DNA from: an uncultured Gammaproteobacteria bacterium
GTDB taxonomy: Bacteria; Patescibacteriota; Patescibacteriia; Magasanikbacterales; UBA922
Assembly (NCBI GenBank): GCA_964418775.1
Contig: CAYQNA010000001.1
Coordinates: 446-64,445, forward strand
Reading direction: 5' to 3'
DNA length: 64,000 bases
This document shows, one piece after another, positions 55,565 to 64,000 of the stretch (its first letter is position 1; each line of letters starts with the position of its first letter). The notes below the pieces were generated by a model. The model ran no database searches, was not told the DNA's origin, and worked only from the letters and a program-made list of their open reading frames with translations. Made by a program: the position numbers and the translations under genes.

Positions 55565-55771
55565 ATGTCTATTATCATAAACATTGACGTAATGCTCGCC
55601 AAACGCAAAATGAGCGTCACGGAACTAACCGAAAAAGTGGGGATTACAATGGCTAATTTGTCGATTTTGAAAAATGGCAAAGCGAGAGCGATTCGGTTTT
55701 CCACGCTCGAGGCCGTGTGCGCCGCACTCGATTGCCAGCCTGGCGATATTATCGAGTTTAAGAAGTCCTAG
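55565..55771 (+). CDS. XRE/Cro HTH regulator (YozG-like)
   Basis: IDVMLAKRKMS.TEL...VGIT.ANLSILKNGKARAIRFSTL...LDCQPGD. Confidence 0.93.
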   Translation: MSIIINIDVMLAKRKMSVTELTEKVGITMANLSILKNGKARAIRFSTLEAVCAALDCQPGDIIEFKKS

Positions 55772-56524
55772 TTATTTGTAGATTACGGTGCCCTGAGCGG
55801 TCCAACCATGAACTTGGAAGAAAGTGTTGTCTTCGGGTTTGGTGGCGGCCACAAGAGTGGTCTTACCGGTCTTAAGGTTTAGACGATACACAGCGCCCCG
55901 TTCTTTGTCTGGATTTCCAGCGGCAAGAGCAAAGGCCACTTCAGTGCCATCGGGTGAAAGGCGAACATCACCAATAATTTGGTATGGTGCTGGTGGTGTA
56001 ATTGGGTAAAATTTTTGTAAATTGGTGGCTGGGTCAAGAGTCGTAATACCTTTGCCGCGAGGGTCTTCGTTGACCACATAGGCAATCAACGAGTCGTCGC
56101 TCATTACGTCCTGCGCACTGGTAAACATGGTTTTGGTAGTGATTTTACGCACCTCACCAGTCTCCAAATCAATACGCAATAAGGGGGTCTGAATAGTGTC
56201 AAACAAAATATATCCACCCAAGCCATCGGGGACCCGACGCATGTATACGGCTTTAGTCGTAGTCGCAAATAGTTCAAGGAACGACGGGCCGCCCACTGTG
56301 TTTTCGGCTAATATATTTTCGGATTTGATCGCCGCTGCGGTTGTTGGATTTTTGGCTGGTGTCGTTGTCACCAGTGTTGTCGATGGGGTGGGCGTTGCTG
56401 CTGGCTCTGTCTTACCTGTGGTGGTAATTGGGTTTAGAGCTGGTGCCTCAACCGTTTCGTAACGGCTGCAGCCTGCGCCAACCAGCAGGAGTGTGCAGGC
56501 CGCGATAAGAGAGTAATACTTCAT
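55772..56524 (-). CDS. Lipoprotein with TolB-like beta-propeller repeats
   Basis: Lipobox VGAGC, Thr/Pro linker, LSPDG.EVAF; start moved to ATG 56524. Confidence 0.7.
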   Translation of the reverse strand: MKYYSLIAACTLLLVGAGCSRYETVEAPALNPITTTGKTEPAATPTPSTTLVTTTPAKNPTTAAAIKSENILAENTVGGPSFLELFATTTKAVYMRRVPDGLGGYILFDTIQTPLLRIDLETGEVRKITTKTMFTSAQDVMSDDSLIAYVVNEDPRGKGITTLDPATNLQKFYPITPPAPYQIIGDVRLSPDGTEVAFALAAGNPDKERGAVYRLNLKTGKTTLVAATKPEDNTFFQVHGWTAQGTVIYK

Positions 56525-56528
56525 ATAC

Positions 56529-57593
56529 TTAATTAATTTCGAGCTCGTTCTTGTAGTAGTGGTCGTAGATCGACATGATTGCCAAGTAGAGTGAAGCAAT
56601 GACTGGGCCAATGACAAAACCAGTGATACCAAAGAGAGCAATACCACCGAGCGTAGCGAAAAGGACGAGCAGTGGGTGCATTTCGGTGTCTTTGCCTACA
56701 AGCACAGGGCGGAGCAAATTGTCGACCAGACTAATGACAAACATACCCGCCAAAATAATGGTCATGCCTTGCCATACATTGCCCATGAGCAGCATGATGA
56801 GGCCGGCTGGCAACCAAACAAGCGCAGTTCCAAGCGCGGGAATAATCGAGAGTACAGCCATAATTAAACCCCACAAGAATGCTTCGGGAACGCCAGTAAT
56901 CGCGAACAAAATCGCCCCGAGTGCGCCTTGAACCAGGCCGATCACGACAGTGCCCTTGATGGTAGCGCGAGCGGTTGAGGTAAAGCGCTCGAATAGCATT
57001 TTTTCATATTTATCACCCAGTGGCGACAAATGCATGAGGCGCAATACCATGCGGTCGCCATCGCGGAAGAAATAGTACAATGAGTACAGCATGATAAAGA
57101 GCATGAAGAAGAAATTCAGCGAATTTTGGGTCGCGCTCTTAAGCCCGGTGAACACATATTGGTTAAGCCAGCCGCTGATATCAGATACGTATTTGGGCCA
57201 GTCAGTGCGGAGGTTTTCGAGGTATGGTGACAATGGTGTATTGGAAATATACGTAGTCCAGCCCTGGATATCTTCCATGAAGTTGTGTTGCGTCAAACTG
57301 TCGTAGAGCGAAATTGATTGGTTAACTAGGAGTGTACCGATGAGTGCGAGCGGAATAAAGATTGTTAGTACCACCACGGTAATCATGATTCCTGAAGTCA
57401 AACCAGGGGAGCGGAGGCGGTTATTGACCCAAACATAGTGTGGGTAGAACATGATTGCAATCACCGCGGCCCAAAAAATTGGATAGAAAAACGGGCGTAC
57501 CAAATACATCATGGCAATGGTAAGACCAAGAATCAGGGCCAAAAAGAAGAATGACCGCATTTTGCTAAAGCTGACTTTGTCAGACGAAGCCAT
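56529..57593 (-). CDS. AI-2E family transporter
   Basis: PF..PI.WA, FFRDG, IP.LG, DN.LRP.L, HPLL....GG..LFG..G..IGP. Confidence 0.9.
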   Translation of the reverse strand: MASSDKVSFSKMRSFFFLALILGLTIAMMYLVRPFFYPIFWAAVIAIMFYPHYVWVNNRLRSPGLTSGIMITVVVLTIFIPLALIGTLLVNQSISLYDSLTQHNFMEDIQGWTTYISNTPLSPYLENLRTDWPKYVSDISGWLNQYVFTGLKSATQNSLNFFFMLFIMLYSLYYFFRDGDRMVLRLMHLSPLGDKYEKMLFERFTSTARATIKGTVVIGLVQGALGAILFAITGVPEAFLWGLIMAVLSIIPALGTALVWLPAGLIMLLMGNVWQGMTIILAGMFVISLVDNLLRPVLVGKDTEMHPLLVLFATLGGIALFGITGFVIGPVIASLYLAIMSIYDHYYKNELEIN

Positions 57594-57620
57594 ATGCGTA
57601 GATAAAGAATGACCACGGTA

Positions 57621-58085
57621 TTATACCATGGTCTGGTCTTTTTTCCAGAAGATTGCCGAGAGAATTGCTAGTGTGGTTGAGGTTGCGGCCGAACCTAAAC
57701 AATAGTAGCAGTAGGCGTCGAGAATAAAAGCCTGTACGCCAACAAACCATAGTGACATTACTAGTCCAATTGGGGTTACCAGGCTGGCTAATCGGATCCA
57801 AGCGGGATTTTTCTTGTCCAAGTATAGTACGCACAGTACTATAATGAACAAGTAGTAGGTGGTACCAAGGTAGGCGACAGGGATACCAAGTATTTTGGAA
57901 TAACTGCTAGTGGTCACAACTTCGCACTGACTGCTGCCGCCGCATGGTGGCGGCACACCGCGCAAATGCTCGAACGACAAAAATGCTGCGTCGCCAAGAC
58001 CAATAAGCGCAACAACCAGCAGCGCAAGCGCAAACCAGCGGGGGACTGGCTTATTATTTGCTAACCAAAGCTTTAAATTCTTCAT
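57621..58085 (-). CDS. Vitamin K epoxide reductase (VKOR) family protein
   Basis: C....C..V.TS.YS...GIP...G and C-terminal CYYC. Confidence 0.9.
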   Translation of the reverse strand: MKNLKLWLANNKPVPRWFALALLVVALIGLGDAAFLSFEHLRGVPPPCGGSSQCEVVTTSSYSKILGIPVAYLGTTYYLFIIVLCVLYLDKKNPAWIRLASLVTPIGLVMSLWFVGVQAFILDAYCYYCLGSAATSTTLAILSAIFWKKDQTMV

Positions 58086-58698
58086 ATGATTGTGGCGAAG
58101 TGATCATTTTTCCGTCTAGGAAGAATGTTGGGGTACCTTTCACGCCCGATTGAGTGCCCGACTGGTAGTCGGCGTCAATTTTAGTGCTGACTTCTTTGGA
58201 GCTCATGTCAGCTTTAAATTGCTCGGTGTTCAAGCCGAGTGAGCGCGCGTATTCTTCGAACTTGCTTTTTGGACTACGTAAACTACTCCAGTCATTTTGG
58301 GTGTTGAATAACATATCGTGCATTTCCCAGAATTTACCCTGTTTGTTGGCAGCTTCGGCCGCTTCGGCAGCGGCCTGGGCGTTCGGATGGATACTGCGGA
58401 GTGGATAGTGTCGGTACACAAGACGAACTTTATCAGGATTTTCTTTTACCAGTTGTTGGATCATTGGTTGGTAGGCCTTGCAAGCTGGACACTGGAAGTC
58501 GCTGTATTCAACCAACGTGTGTGGAGCTTCGGGTCCGCCTTTGGTGCGGTCGCTGTTGGTAACAGCGGTATTTAAAGCTGTGCCTGCGCCTGGGTTTGGG
58601 GCGGTTTGCGTGCCTAATTTTGCTAAACCATATAACATACCTACGATGGCAAGACCGAAAACTGACCAAATAATTGCGCTGCGAACTGTTGGAGACAT
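58054..58698 (-). CDS. DsbA-family thioredoxin-fold protein
   Basis: EYSDFQCPAC, RHYPL..H, GV.GTPTF. Confidence 0.92.
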   Translation of the reverse strand: MSPTVRSAIIWSVFGLAIVGMLYGLAKLGTQTAPNPGAGTALNTAVTNSDRTKGGPEAPHTLVEYSDFQCPACKAYQPMIQQLVKENPDKVRLVYRHYPLRSIHPNAQAAAEAAEAANKQGKFWEMHDMLFNTQNDWSSLRSPKSKFEEYARSLGLNTEQFKADMSSKEVSTKIDADYQSGTQSGVKGTPTFFLDGKMITSPQSYEEFKALVSK

Positions 58699-58722
58699 AG
58701 GAAAACGATAAAGATAAAGATA

Positions 58723-59994
58723 TTATACCCGATTACGCTCCAGCACGACCAGGCCTTCGATGTGGGGGGTGCGAGGAAAAAAGTTGTATAACTTAATAAA
58801 TACGGGGTGGTACGCCTCGGACAGACGCTGCACGTCGCGAGCCTGTGTGGCTAGGTCGCATGCTAAGTATACAATCTTGGGCGGCAATTTATTCAGGAGT
58901 TGGAGAGTGACCTTGTCGTGGAGGCCGGCGCGAGGGGGGTCAACAATAACTGTGGCCTCGCCATCAATGAGTTCAGTCATTTTTTCGGCAGGCATACAAT
59001 GAGCCTCGGCATTGGTTAGACCGTTGAGGACGATATTTTCGGTTGCGTATGCAGCGGCCTCTTCGTTACTTTCGACCAAAATTGTGCGTGGACGATTTTT
59101 GGCGAGCGGCAAAGAAATCGCACCCACACCAGAGTAAAAATCAAGGACTGGTTGATCTGGACCAATGAATGCTGCAATATCTTTGACTGCCTGCGTAAAA
59201 ATTGGAATATTAATTTGGAAAAAACTAAGCAAACCAAATTTTAGTTTGGTACCCAAAATATCGGCAATTAAATAATCCTGGCCAGTGGAGTAGAGGAGTG
59301 CTGTCGGAACCGAAGCCGGACTTTTGTGCGTGGAATAATACAAGTGGAAGCCAAGTAATTTGGCGTCAGTTGTGGGGTGGTGGCTGAATTCAAGCCGATC
59401 TTTAATAAATAATGCCGCAATTGCTTGGTCAGCGCCATTACTGCGAATTATCAAGGACTTTAGACTGCGCAACGGAATTTTAACTTCGTTCACCCAAGCC
59501 AGGATTTGGGCCGCCACTTCATTAATAACTGGTTCGGCTAGCAATGAACCGCTCACGGCGTGGCGCACTTTGGTGCCGCGCCCAAAAAAAGCGAGTGACA
59601 TTTGTCCGTTGGCTTCGCAAAAACTAAATTCAATTTTGTTGCGGTAGCCAAAAGCATTGGCAGGATCAGAGATAATTTTGGGTGGCTCTGATTGCAAAAT
59701 TAAACCACCGTTGCGACCATATGTTTCTACAGCAATCGTTTGCTTTAGTCCATCTTCGGCTTCTGGTTTAACGATTTGCCAAGGGCTCGAGGACAGAAAA
59801 AATGGCTCTTGGGGCTCAATGCGGTCAGGAGAAGGGGTAACAATTTTGGTGGCTACAGCTTCGGCAATACCTTTGCGCTTGGATAAATACTGCACCTCGA
59901 CCTCTTCGCCCGGTAGAGCGTTCCAGACAAATACAGTCAGGTCTTCGGTGTGGGCCAAACCTTGGCCACCGTTCACAATTTTTTCGATTTTCAT
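58723..59994 (-). CDS. 23S rRNA m5U methyltransferase (RlmD/TrmA family)
   Basis: TRAM N-terminus, YRNK, SFFQ.N, D.YSGVG, VDPPRAG, Y..C...T..RD, FP.TPH.E. Confidence 0.9.
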   Translation of the reverse strand: MKIEKIVNGGQGLAHTEDLTVFVWNALPGEEVEVQYLSKRKGIAEAVATKIVTPSPDRIEPQEPFFLSSSPWQIVKPEAEDGLKQTIAVETYGRNGGLILQSEPPKIISDPANAFGYRNKIEFSFCEANGQMSLAFFGRGTKVRHAVSGSLLAEPVINEVAAQILAWVNEVKIPLRSLKSLIIRSNGADQAIAALFIKDRLEFSHHPTTDAKLLGFHLYYSTHKSPASVPTALLYSTGQDYLIADILGTKLKFGLLSFFQINIPIFTQAVKDIAAFIGPDQPVLDFYSGVGAISLPLAKNRPRTILVESNEEAAAYATENIVLNGLTNAEAHCMPAEKMTELIDGEATVIVDPPRAGLHDKVTLQLLNKLPPKIVYLACDLATQARDVQRLSEAYHPVFIKLYNFFPRTPHIEGLVVLERNRV

Positions 59995-59995
59995 G

Positions 59996-61759
59996 TTAGT
60001 CGATAAAGAAAAGAGGTACTTGCAAGTTTTTAATTTCTTCTAAGCGGTAGTCCAAAACTTTGCGTCCTACAAAAATGGCGGTTACAGCGCTGTGCTCTTT
60101 TGATAATGCATCAATGCTGTGTTGCAAGAAGCCTGTACGACTGACATATTCGAACGAAATTGAGTCCAAACCAGCCGTTTCACGTTCTTGGTTGATTTGA
60201 ATAAATACTCGGTTGGCCTCGGTGCCAATTTCTTCGGCCAGATCAGCGGTGTACTTATTTTCAAGACAGTGGAGAAGGACCACCCGTTGAATGTGGTGCT
60301 TGTCAGCCCATTCAACTACGCGAGGTAAACGGCTAATGTATGAATTACCGCGTGAACCAAGAACTATAAAAGGAGTCTCACCTTTGTCTAAGTCAAGTGT
60401 TGTCTTATCCGTGATTGGTTCAGCCACAGCGAGCCAGCGAGCAAGCAAAGGAGTTAATGGTGGTTCAATAACAAGGGTAAGCAAGATAACCCACATCCCA
60501 ACTGGAATCAGGGCTTCCATTCCGGGTAAGCCAAGACTGGCAATGGTCACTAACAACACTGCGGGGATGGCACCAGTTTCGCGTACAAACGAGATGAACA
60601 AAATTTCCCGTATACTCAGGGGGGATTTGCTCCAACGGAATGCGAATAAACTAACAAACACGGAGAGTGGGCGAATGATAAACATGAAGACTAGTGCTGT
60701 CGCAATGCCAATTCCGGCGTATTGAAGTAATGCTTGTGTGTCAACCAAAGCTCCGAGGAGCAAAAAGATAATTGGCTTTAGGAAGCCTTCAATTGTGTGG
60801 TTAAAAAAACGTTCGGTGGTATGTAAATGTTTAGTCAACATGTACAATAGGCCAGCCACAAATGCGGCCAGGTATCCACTACCGCCAAACGGAACAGCAA
60901 TAGTAAAAATAATAATTGGCACAAACAAAAAGAAGGCTGCGTCTGCTTCGTATTCAGCTTGGTGGTGTTCTTTGAGTTTAGTTAATCCGTAGAGCAAACC
61001 AAAACCAATCAAGCCACAGAGGACGCCAAAGAAAATCTGTTTACCTAAAATTGTTAAGCTGCTGGTTGTAAGTAAAGCCGCATACCAATCAGATACTTTG
61101 GAAAATGTTTGACCAGCTGTGATAAGGCTTAAAAAAGCCACTGTTACCAGGGTACCAGTGACATCGGTTAAGGCGCTTTCGGACACAATGATATCTTTGG
61201 TGTCACGATTCTTAAACCGGAGTCCTTTTAGAATTGGGATAATTGCGGCCGGGTCAGTTGAAGCGAGAACTGCCCCCAATAAGATTGCAGCAGTCAAAGA
61301 AACAGCTGTGCCAAAAATCGGCGTGAGCCAGGTAATAGTTAGGGTGAATAAAAACGCGGTGATTATTAGACCAGGGAACGAAAGGCTGAGAATTTTACCG
61401 AGTAATTTTTTGAAGTTCTGGAATGGCGTCTCTAAGCCGCCGCTAAATAAAATCAGGGTTGCACCAAACGCAACCAGGTCACCCAGGACAATTTCGTTTT
61501 GAGTAATTGGCTGTAGAAGTGGTTTGGCTGCTAAACCAAAAAAGATTGCCACCACAAATGGGGGTAAAACCGTCCCTTGTGATAAGTGGAATACAACAAA
61601 ACTGAGTGCGGCTAGGGCAGCAAACGAGAAGAATGCTAGTAGTAGGCCAGCTTCAGACCCGTGGTTTAGTAAGTGGATTAATTCTGGGGCAAAGTGGGCA
61701 ATTCCTAGTGTAACGGCTAGTGCAGCCCCAAGTTGGAGGTAGGCAAGATATTTTTTCAT
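59996..61759 (-). CDS. CPA1 Na+(K+)/H+ antiporter with a USP-like C-terminal domain
   Basis: ILFSGG, ASTDPAA, ES.LTD..G, GSGYLA.FVAG. Confidence 0.85.
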   Translation of the reverse strand: MKKYLAYLQLGAALAVTLGIAHFAPELIHLLNHGSEAGLLLAFFSFAALAALSFVVFHLSQGTVLPPFVVAIFFGLAAKPLLQPITQNEIVLGDLVAFGATLILFSGGLETPFQNFKKLLGKILSLSFPGLIITAFLFTLTITWLTPIFGTAVSLTAAILLGAVLASTDPAAIIPILKGLRFKNRDTKDIIVSESALTDVTGTLVTVAFLSLITAGQTFSKVSDWYAALLTTSSLTILGKQIFFGVLCGLIGFGLLYGLTKLKEHHQAEYEADAAFFLFVPIIIFTIAVPFGGSGYLAAFVAGLLYMLTKHLHTTERFFNHTIEGFLKPIIFLLLGALVDTQALLQYAGIGIATALVFMFIIRPLSVFVSLFAFRWSKSPLSIREILFISFVRETGAIPAVLLVTIASLGLPGMEALIPVGMWVILLTLVIEPPLTPLLARWLAVAEPITDKTTLDLDKGETPFIVLGSRGNSYISRLPRVVEWADKHHIQRVVLLHCLENKYTADLAEEIGTEANRVFIQINQERETAGLDSISFEYVSRTGFLQHSIDALSKEHSAVTAIFVGRKVLDYRLEEIKNLQVPLFFID

Positions 61760-61823
61760 AAAAATACAGTAAAGCCGAGATACTGTAGCCCTTTTAGTGA
61801 ATAAAATCAAGCCTTTTAATCAT

Positions 61824-62657
61824 CTACCCACGGTTGGTGGACAGGGAGTAACGCTGACCCTTTTTGACCACAAAGCCTTCGGTTAAGAGGGTTTTTAAAA
61901 TCTCGGTAAAATCAGGTGGTTTAAGGGGTGATAGTTTTTCTAATCGAGCAAAAAGTGACGCTTTATTTAAGGGTTCTTGTGCCAAGGCACGGATAATGGC
62001 ACCACGCACCTGGCGTTTGGAGCCAATGAATTTACTTTGCTTTACGTGGTGTTTACTGGCGCGGCTGGGGTTTGGATTATTTTTTTTAAGGTGTACACCC
62101 CAATCCATTAACGCCCAATACCATTCACGCGCGTTGTCTGGTGGTAACGAAGCGGTAATTAAGGGCATTAAGTCACTATCAGGGACATCGGTTTGGTTGG
62201 GGAAAAAATGGTGTAGAAAAACACTGCGAATATTGGTTTCGATGAAGACGGTCGGAAGGTTAAAGGCAAAGGCAGCGACCGAACCAGCAGTATTTTTGCC
62301 AATACCAGGAAGTTTAACTAATTCCTCCGGGTCGCGGGGCAATGTGCCCTGGTAATCAGCAACGACAGTTTGCGCTAAGGCGCGCAAAAATAAGGCGCGG
62401 CGGTTGTAGCCTAGACCTTGCCAGGCTCGAATTACATCAGCGGGTGTGCTGGCCGCCAAAGTTTTGAAATCAGGAAAACGCTTAAGAAATTCAGGGAATT
62501 TTTCGGCCACGCGAGCGGTTTGAGTTTGTTGTAGCATGATTTCGGACACCACAATCTTGTACGGATCATGCGTGCGTCGCCAGGCAAAATCACGTCCATT
62601 GGTGCGGTAAAAATCCCACACCTGTTTTTGAAAATCCTTAATTTTTTTGGCACTCAT
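61824..62657 (-). CDS. mutY: A/G-specific adenine glycosylase, short form without Fe-S cysteines
   Basis: WR...DPY...VSEIMLQQTQ, W.GLGYNRRA, HhH LPGIG..TA, ALMD.G. Confidence 0.85.
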   Translation of the reverse strand: MSAKKIKDFQKQVWDFYRTNGRDFAWRRTHDPYKIVVSEIMLQQTQTARVAEKFPEFLKRFPDFKTLAASTPADVIRAWQGLGYNRRALFLRALAQTVVADYQGTLPRDPEELVKLPGIGKNTAGSVAAFAFNLPTVFIETNIRSVFLHHFFPNQTDVPDSDLMPLITASLPPDNAREWYWALMDWGVHLKKNNPNPSRASKHHVKQSKFIGSKRQVRGAIIRALAQEPLNKASLFARLEKLSPLKPPDFTEILKTLLTEGFVVKKGQRYSLSTNRG

Positions 62658-63358
62658 AAATCCAAATAATACCGACGTTGTTCTGGAGTCATTTTTTCAA
62701 TCGCATAACGCAGGGTGGTGCGGGGTAGGGTGGTGGTATGTTTATCTAAAAATTTCACTAATGCACCTGGGTTGCGTTTGCCCATTTCGCGCAACATCCA
62801 GCCGACCGCTTTGTGCATCAAATCGTGGGGGTCATTTTTTAGTTGGGCCGCGAGTTGCAGTATCTCGGTGGATTGATCATGTCTAATCAACATCCAAGTT
62901 GATACTACAGCAATACGGCGTTCCCACACGTTTTTTGATGCGGCCCATGTTTTAAGATGTGCTTTTTCGGTCGGATGAGATAATAAGTATGTGCCGACAA
63001 TGTATGGTGCGGAGGCGTCTACTAAATCCCAATTGTTAATGTGGCGACGTTTGCTTAAATAAAATCGGTATAATTTTGTTTGAGTTGGTGCGTCTGCTTT
63101 GGCAAATTCTAATACCAAAATATGTAGAGCAGTTAAACGGTGTTCGTGTATCTTGCTTCGTAGCAAGGTGGCTATTTCGGTTAGGGGTAACTGTCTAAAT
63201 TGTTTAGCAATCGCCCGCTGTTTAGGCACGGTCACACCAATAAAAAGATCGCCCTCGCCATATTGTCCTGGTCCGGTTTTGAAAAACCACTGGTAAGTTT
63301 TGGCGCGGGCTGGCTCGGCTTGGGCCTGTAGTGCGGCGATAACGTTTGTGGCGGTCAT
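62654..63358 (-). CDS. DNA alkylation repair enzyme (AlkD-like)
   Basis: FFKTG.G.YGEGD.F.GV.VP, INNWDLVD, W.RR, KAVGWMLRE. Confidence 0.9.
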   Translation of the reverse strand: MTATNVIAALQAQAEPARAKTYQWFFKTGPGQYGEGDLFIGVTVPKQRAIAKQFRQLPLTEIATLLRSKIHEHRLTALHILVLEFAKADAPTQTKLYRFYLSKRRHINNWDLVDASAPYIVGTYLLSHPTEKAHLKTWAASKNVWERRIAVVSTWMLIRHDQSTEILQLAAQLKNDPHDLMHKAVGWMLREMGKRNPGALVKFLDKHTTTLPRTTLRYAIEKMTPEQRRYYLDL

Positions 63359-63726
63359 ACACGGAGCCATTCGTACGGGTCAAGTTCAGACCAACTCATG
63401 TGCATCTGCGAGCGCACGTGGGTTTGCCCAAACACGGGAATTTGGGGAAAAATATGAATCATCGGTTTCATTGGCAGGGGATAATGTAGTAGTGGCAAAG
63501 TGGGCGCATTTGGGGCCGTGCGTAATTCAGACCAAAATCCGATCACATTGCCAGCCATGTCGCGCAGTAAACCGTCTAAACACCAACCGCGGTGATTTCC
63601 CCGAAGGTCAAACACATCGGCTTCGCGAATATATCCGTAGACATTGCCATCCGGTGTGATAAGACGAAAATTTTCGTCATCCATCCAAAAGATGATTCGA
63701 CCGTGGCGATCGGCAAAGGTAACCAT
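63355..63726 (-). CDS. Small beta-repeat protein (4-fold beta-flower-like)
   Basis: VFDLRGNHRGW..DG.LRD..G.VIGF plus Pro-rich tail ending WSELDP. Confidence 0.6.
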   Translation of the reverse strand: MVTFADRHGRIIFWMDDENFRLITPDGNVYGYIREADVFDLRGNHRGWCLDGLLRDMAGNVIGFWSELRTAPNAPTLPLLHYPLPMKPMIHIFPQIPVFGQTHVRSQMHMSWSELDPYEWLRV

Positions 63727-63727
63727 A

Positions 63728-64000
63728 TTAACTAAGCCATTCAAGAGGGTTGATTGGGGACCATTCCATGTGGAATTGGGGCTGAATATGAGTCATGCCA
63801 CGAGCGGGTAGGGTAGGACTGACTTCGCTCACTGGTGTGTTTTGAGTAGTAAAGAACGGCAGTGGTAACATCGGGCAACTCGGTGGAATACCAACTGTAC
63901 CAGACCAAAAGGCCACCACTCGGCCGTTAAGATCGCGCATCAAGCCATCGATATTCCAACCCTTGTGTTCGCCGCGTAGGTCGTAGACATATTGCCCCTC
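63728..64000 (-). CDS. Tandem paralog of the preceding beta-repeat protein, 5' end outside the window
   Basis: Frame open to the window edge: VYDLRGEHKGWNIDGLMRDLNGRVVAFW...WSPINPLEWL. Confidence 0.65.
   Translation of the reverse strand, partial: EGQYVYDLRGEHKGWNIDGLMRDLNGRVVAFWSGTVGIPPSCPMLPLPFFTTQNTPVSEVSPTLPARGMTHIQPQFHMEWSPINPLEWLS

Noticed and set aside
1-64000. CRISPR array, prophage, IS element or reverse transcriptase/DGR
   Set aside because: No regularly spaced repeats, phage structural genes, transposase or RT motifs were found by eye.

Overview
Chromosomal segment of a bacterium, most likely a Patescibacteria/CPR lineage. This is inferred from the gene repertoire, compact overlapping genes, mostly Shine-Dalgarno (SD)-less starts, TrmB/LTD/PBP1A-Ig architectures and tRNAs without encoded CCA. 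It carries about 55 conventional genes (PBP1A, lspA, dksA-like, MacAB-type ABC exporter, HelD-like helicase, DEAD helicase, efp, transketolase, acetolactate synthase, ruvB, class II RNR nrdJ, uppS, PduO, DsbA/VKOR, rlmD-like, mutY, alkD) and 7 tRNAs. No CRISPR array, integrase, transposase or prophage is evident. The most notable unexplained structure is a set of dispersed, mostly GC-rich and heavily base-paired mini transcription units. Most are bounded by a near-consensus sigma70 promoter and hairpins or a terminator, and most carry a strong SD and a tiny ORF missed by the ORF track (about 8.0, 15.5, 18.0, 32.4, 36.7 and 42.8 kb). Also notable: a ~360-nt orphan structured RNA candidate (3155-3516) next to a DnaA-box array, a low-GC three-gene STAS-GHKL kinase / STAS (DUF4325) / membrane-protein module (23.2-25.3 kb), and NrdR plus DnaA control of a B12-dependent RNR beside a cobalamin adenosyltransferase. 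All assignments come from reading motifs by eye; no searches or folding programs were run.
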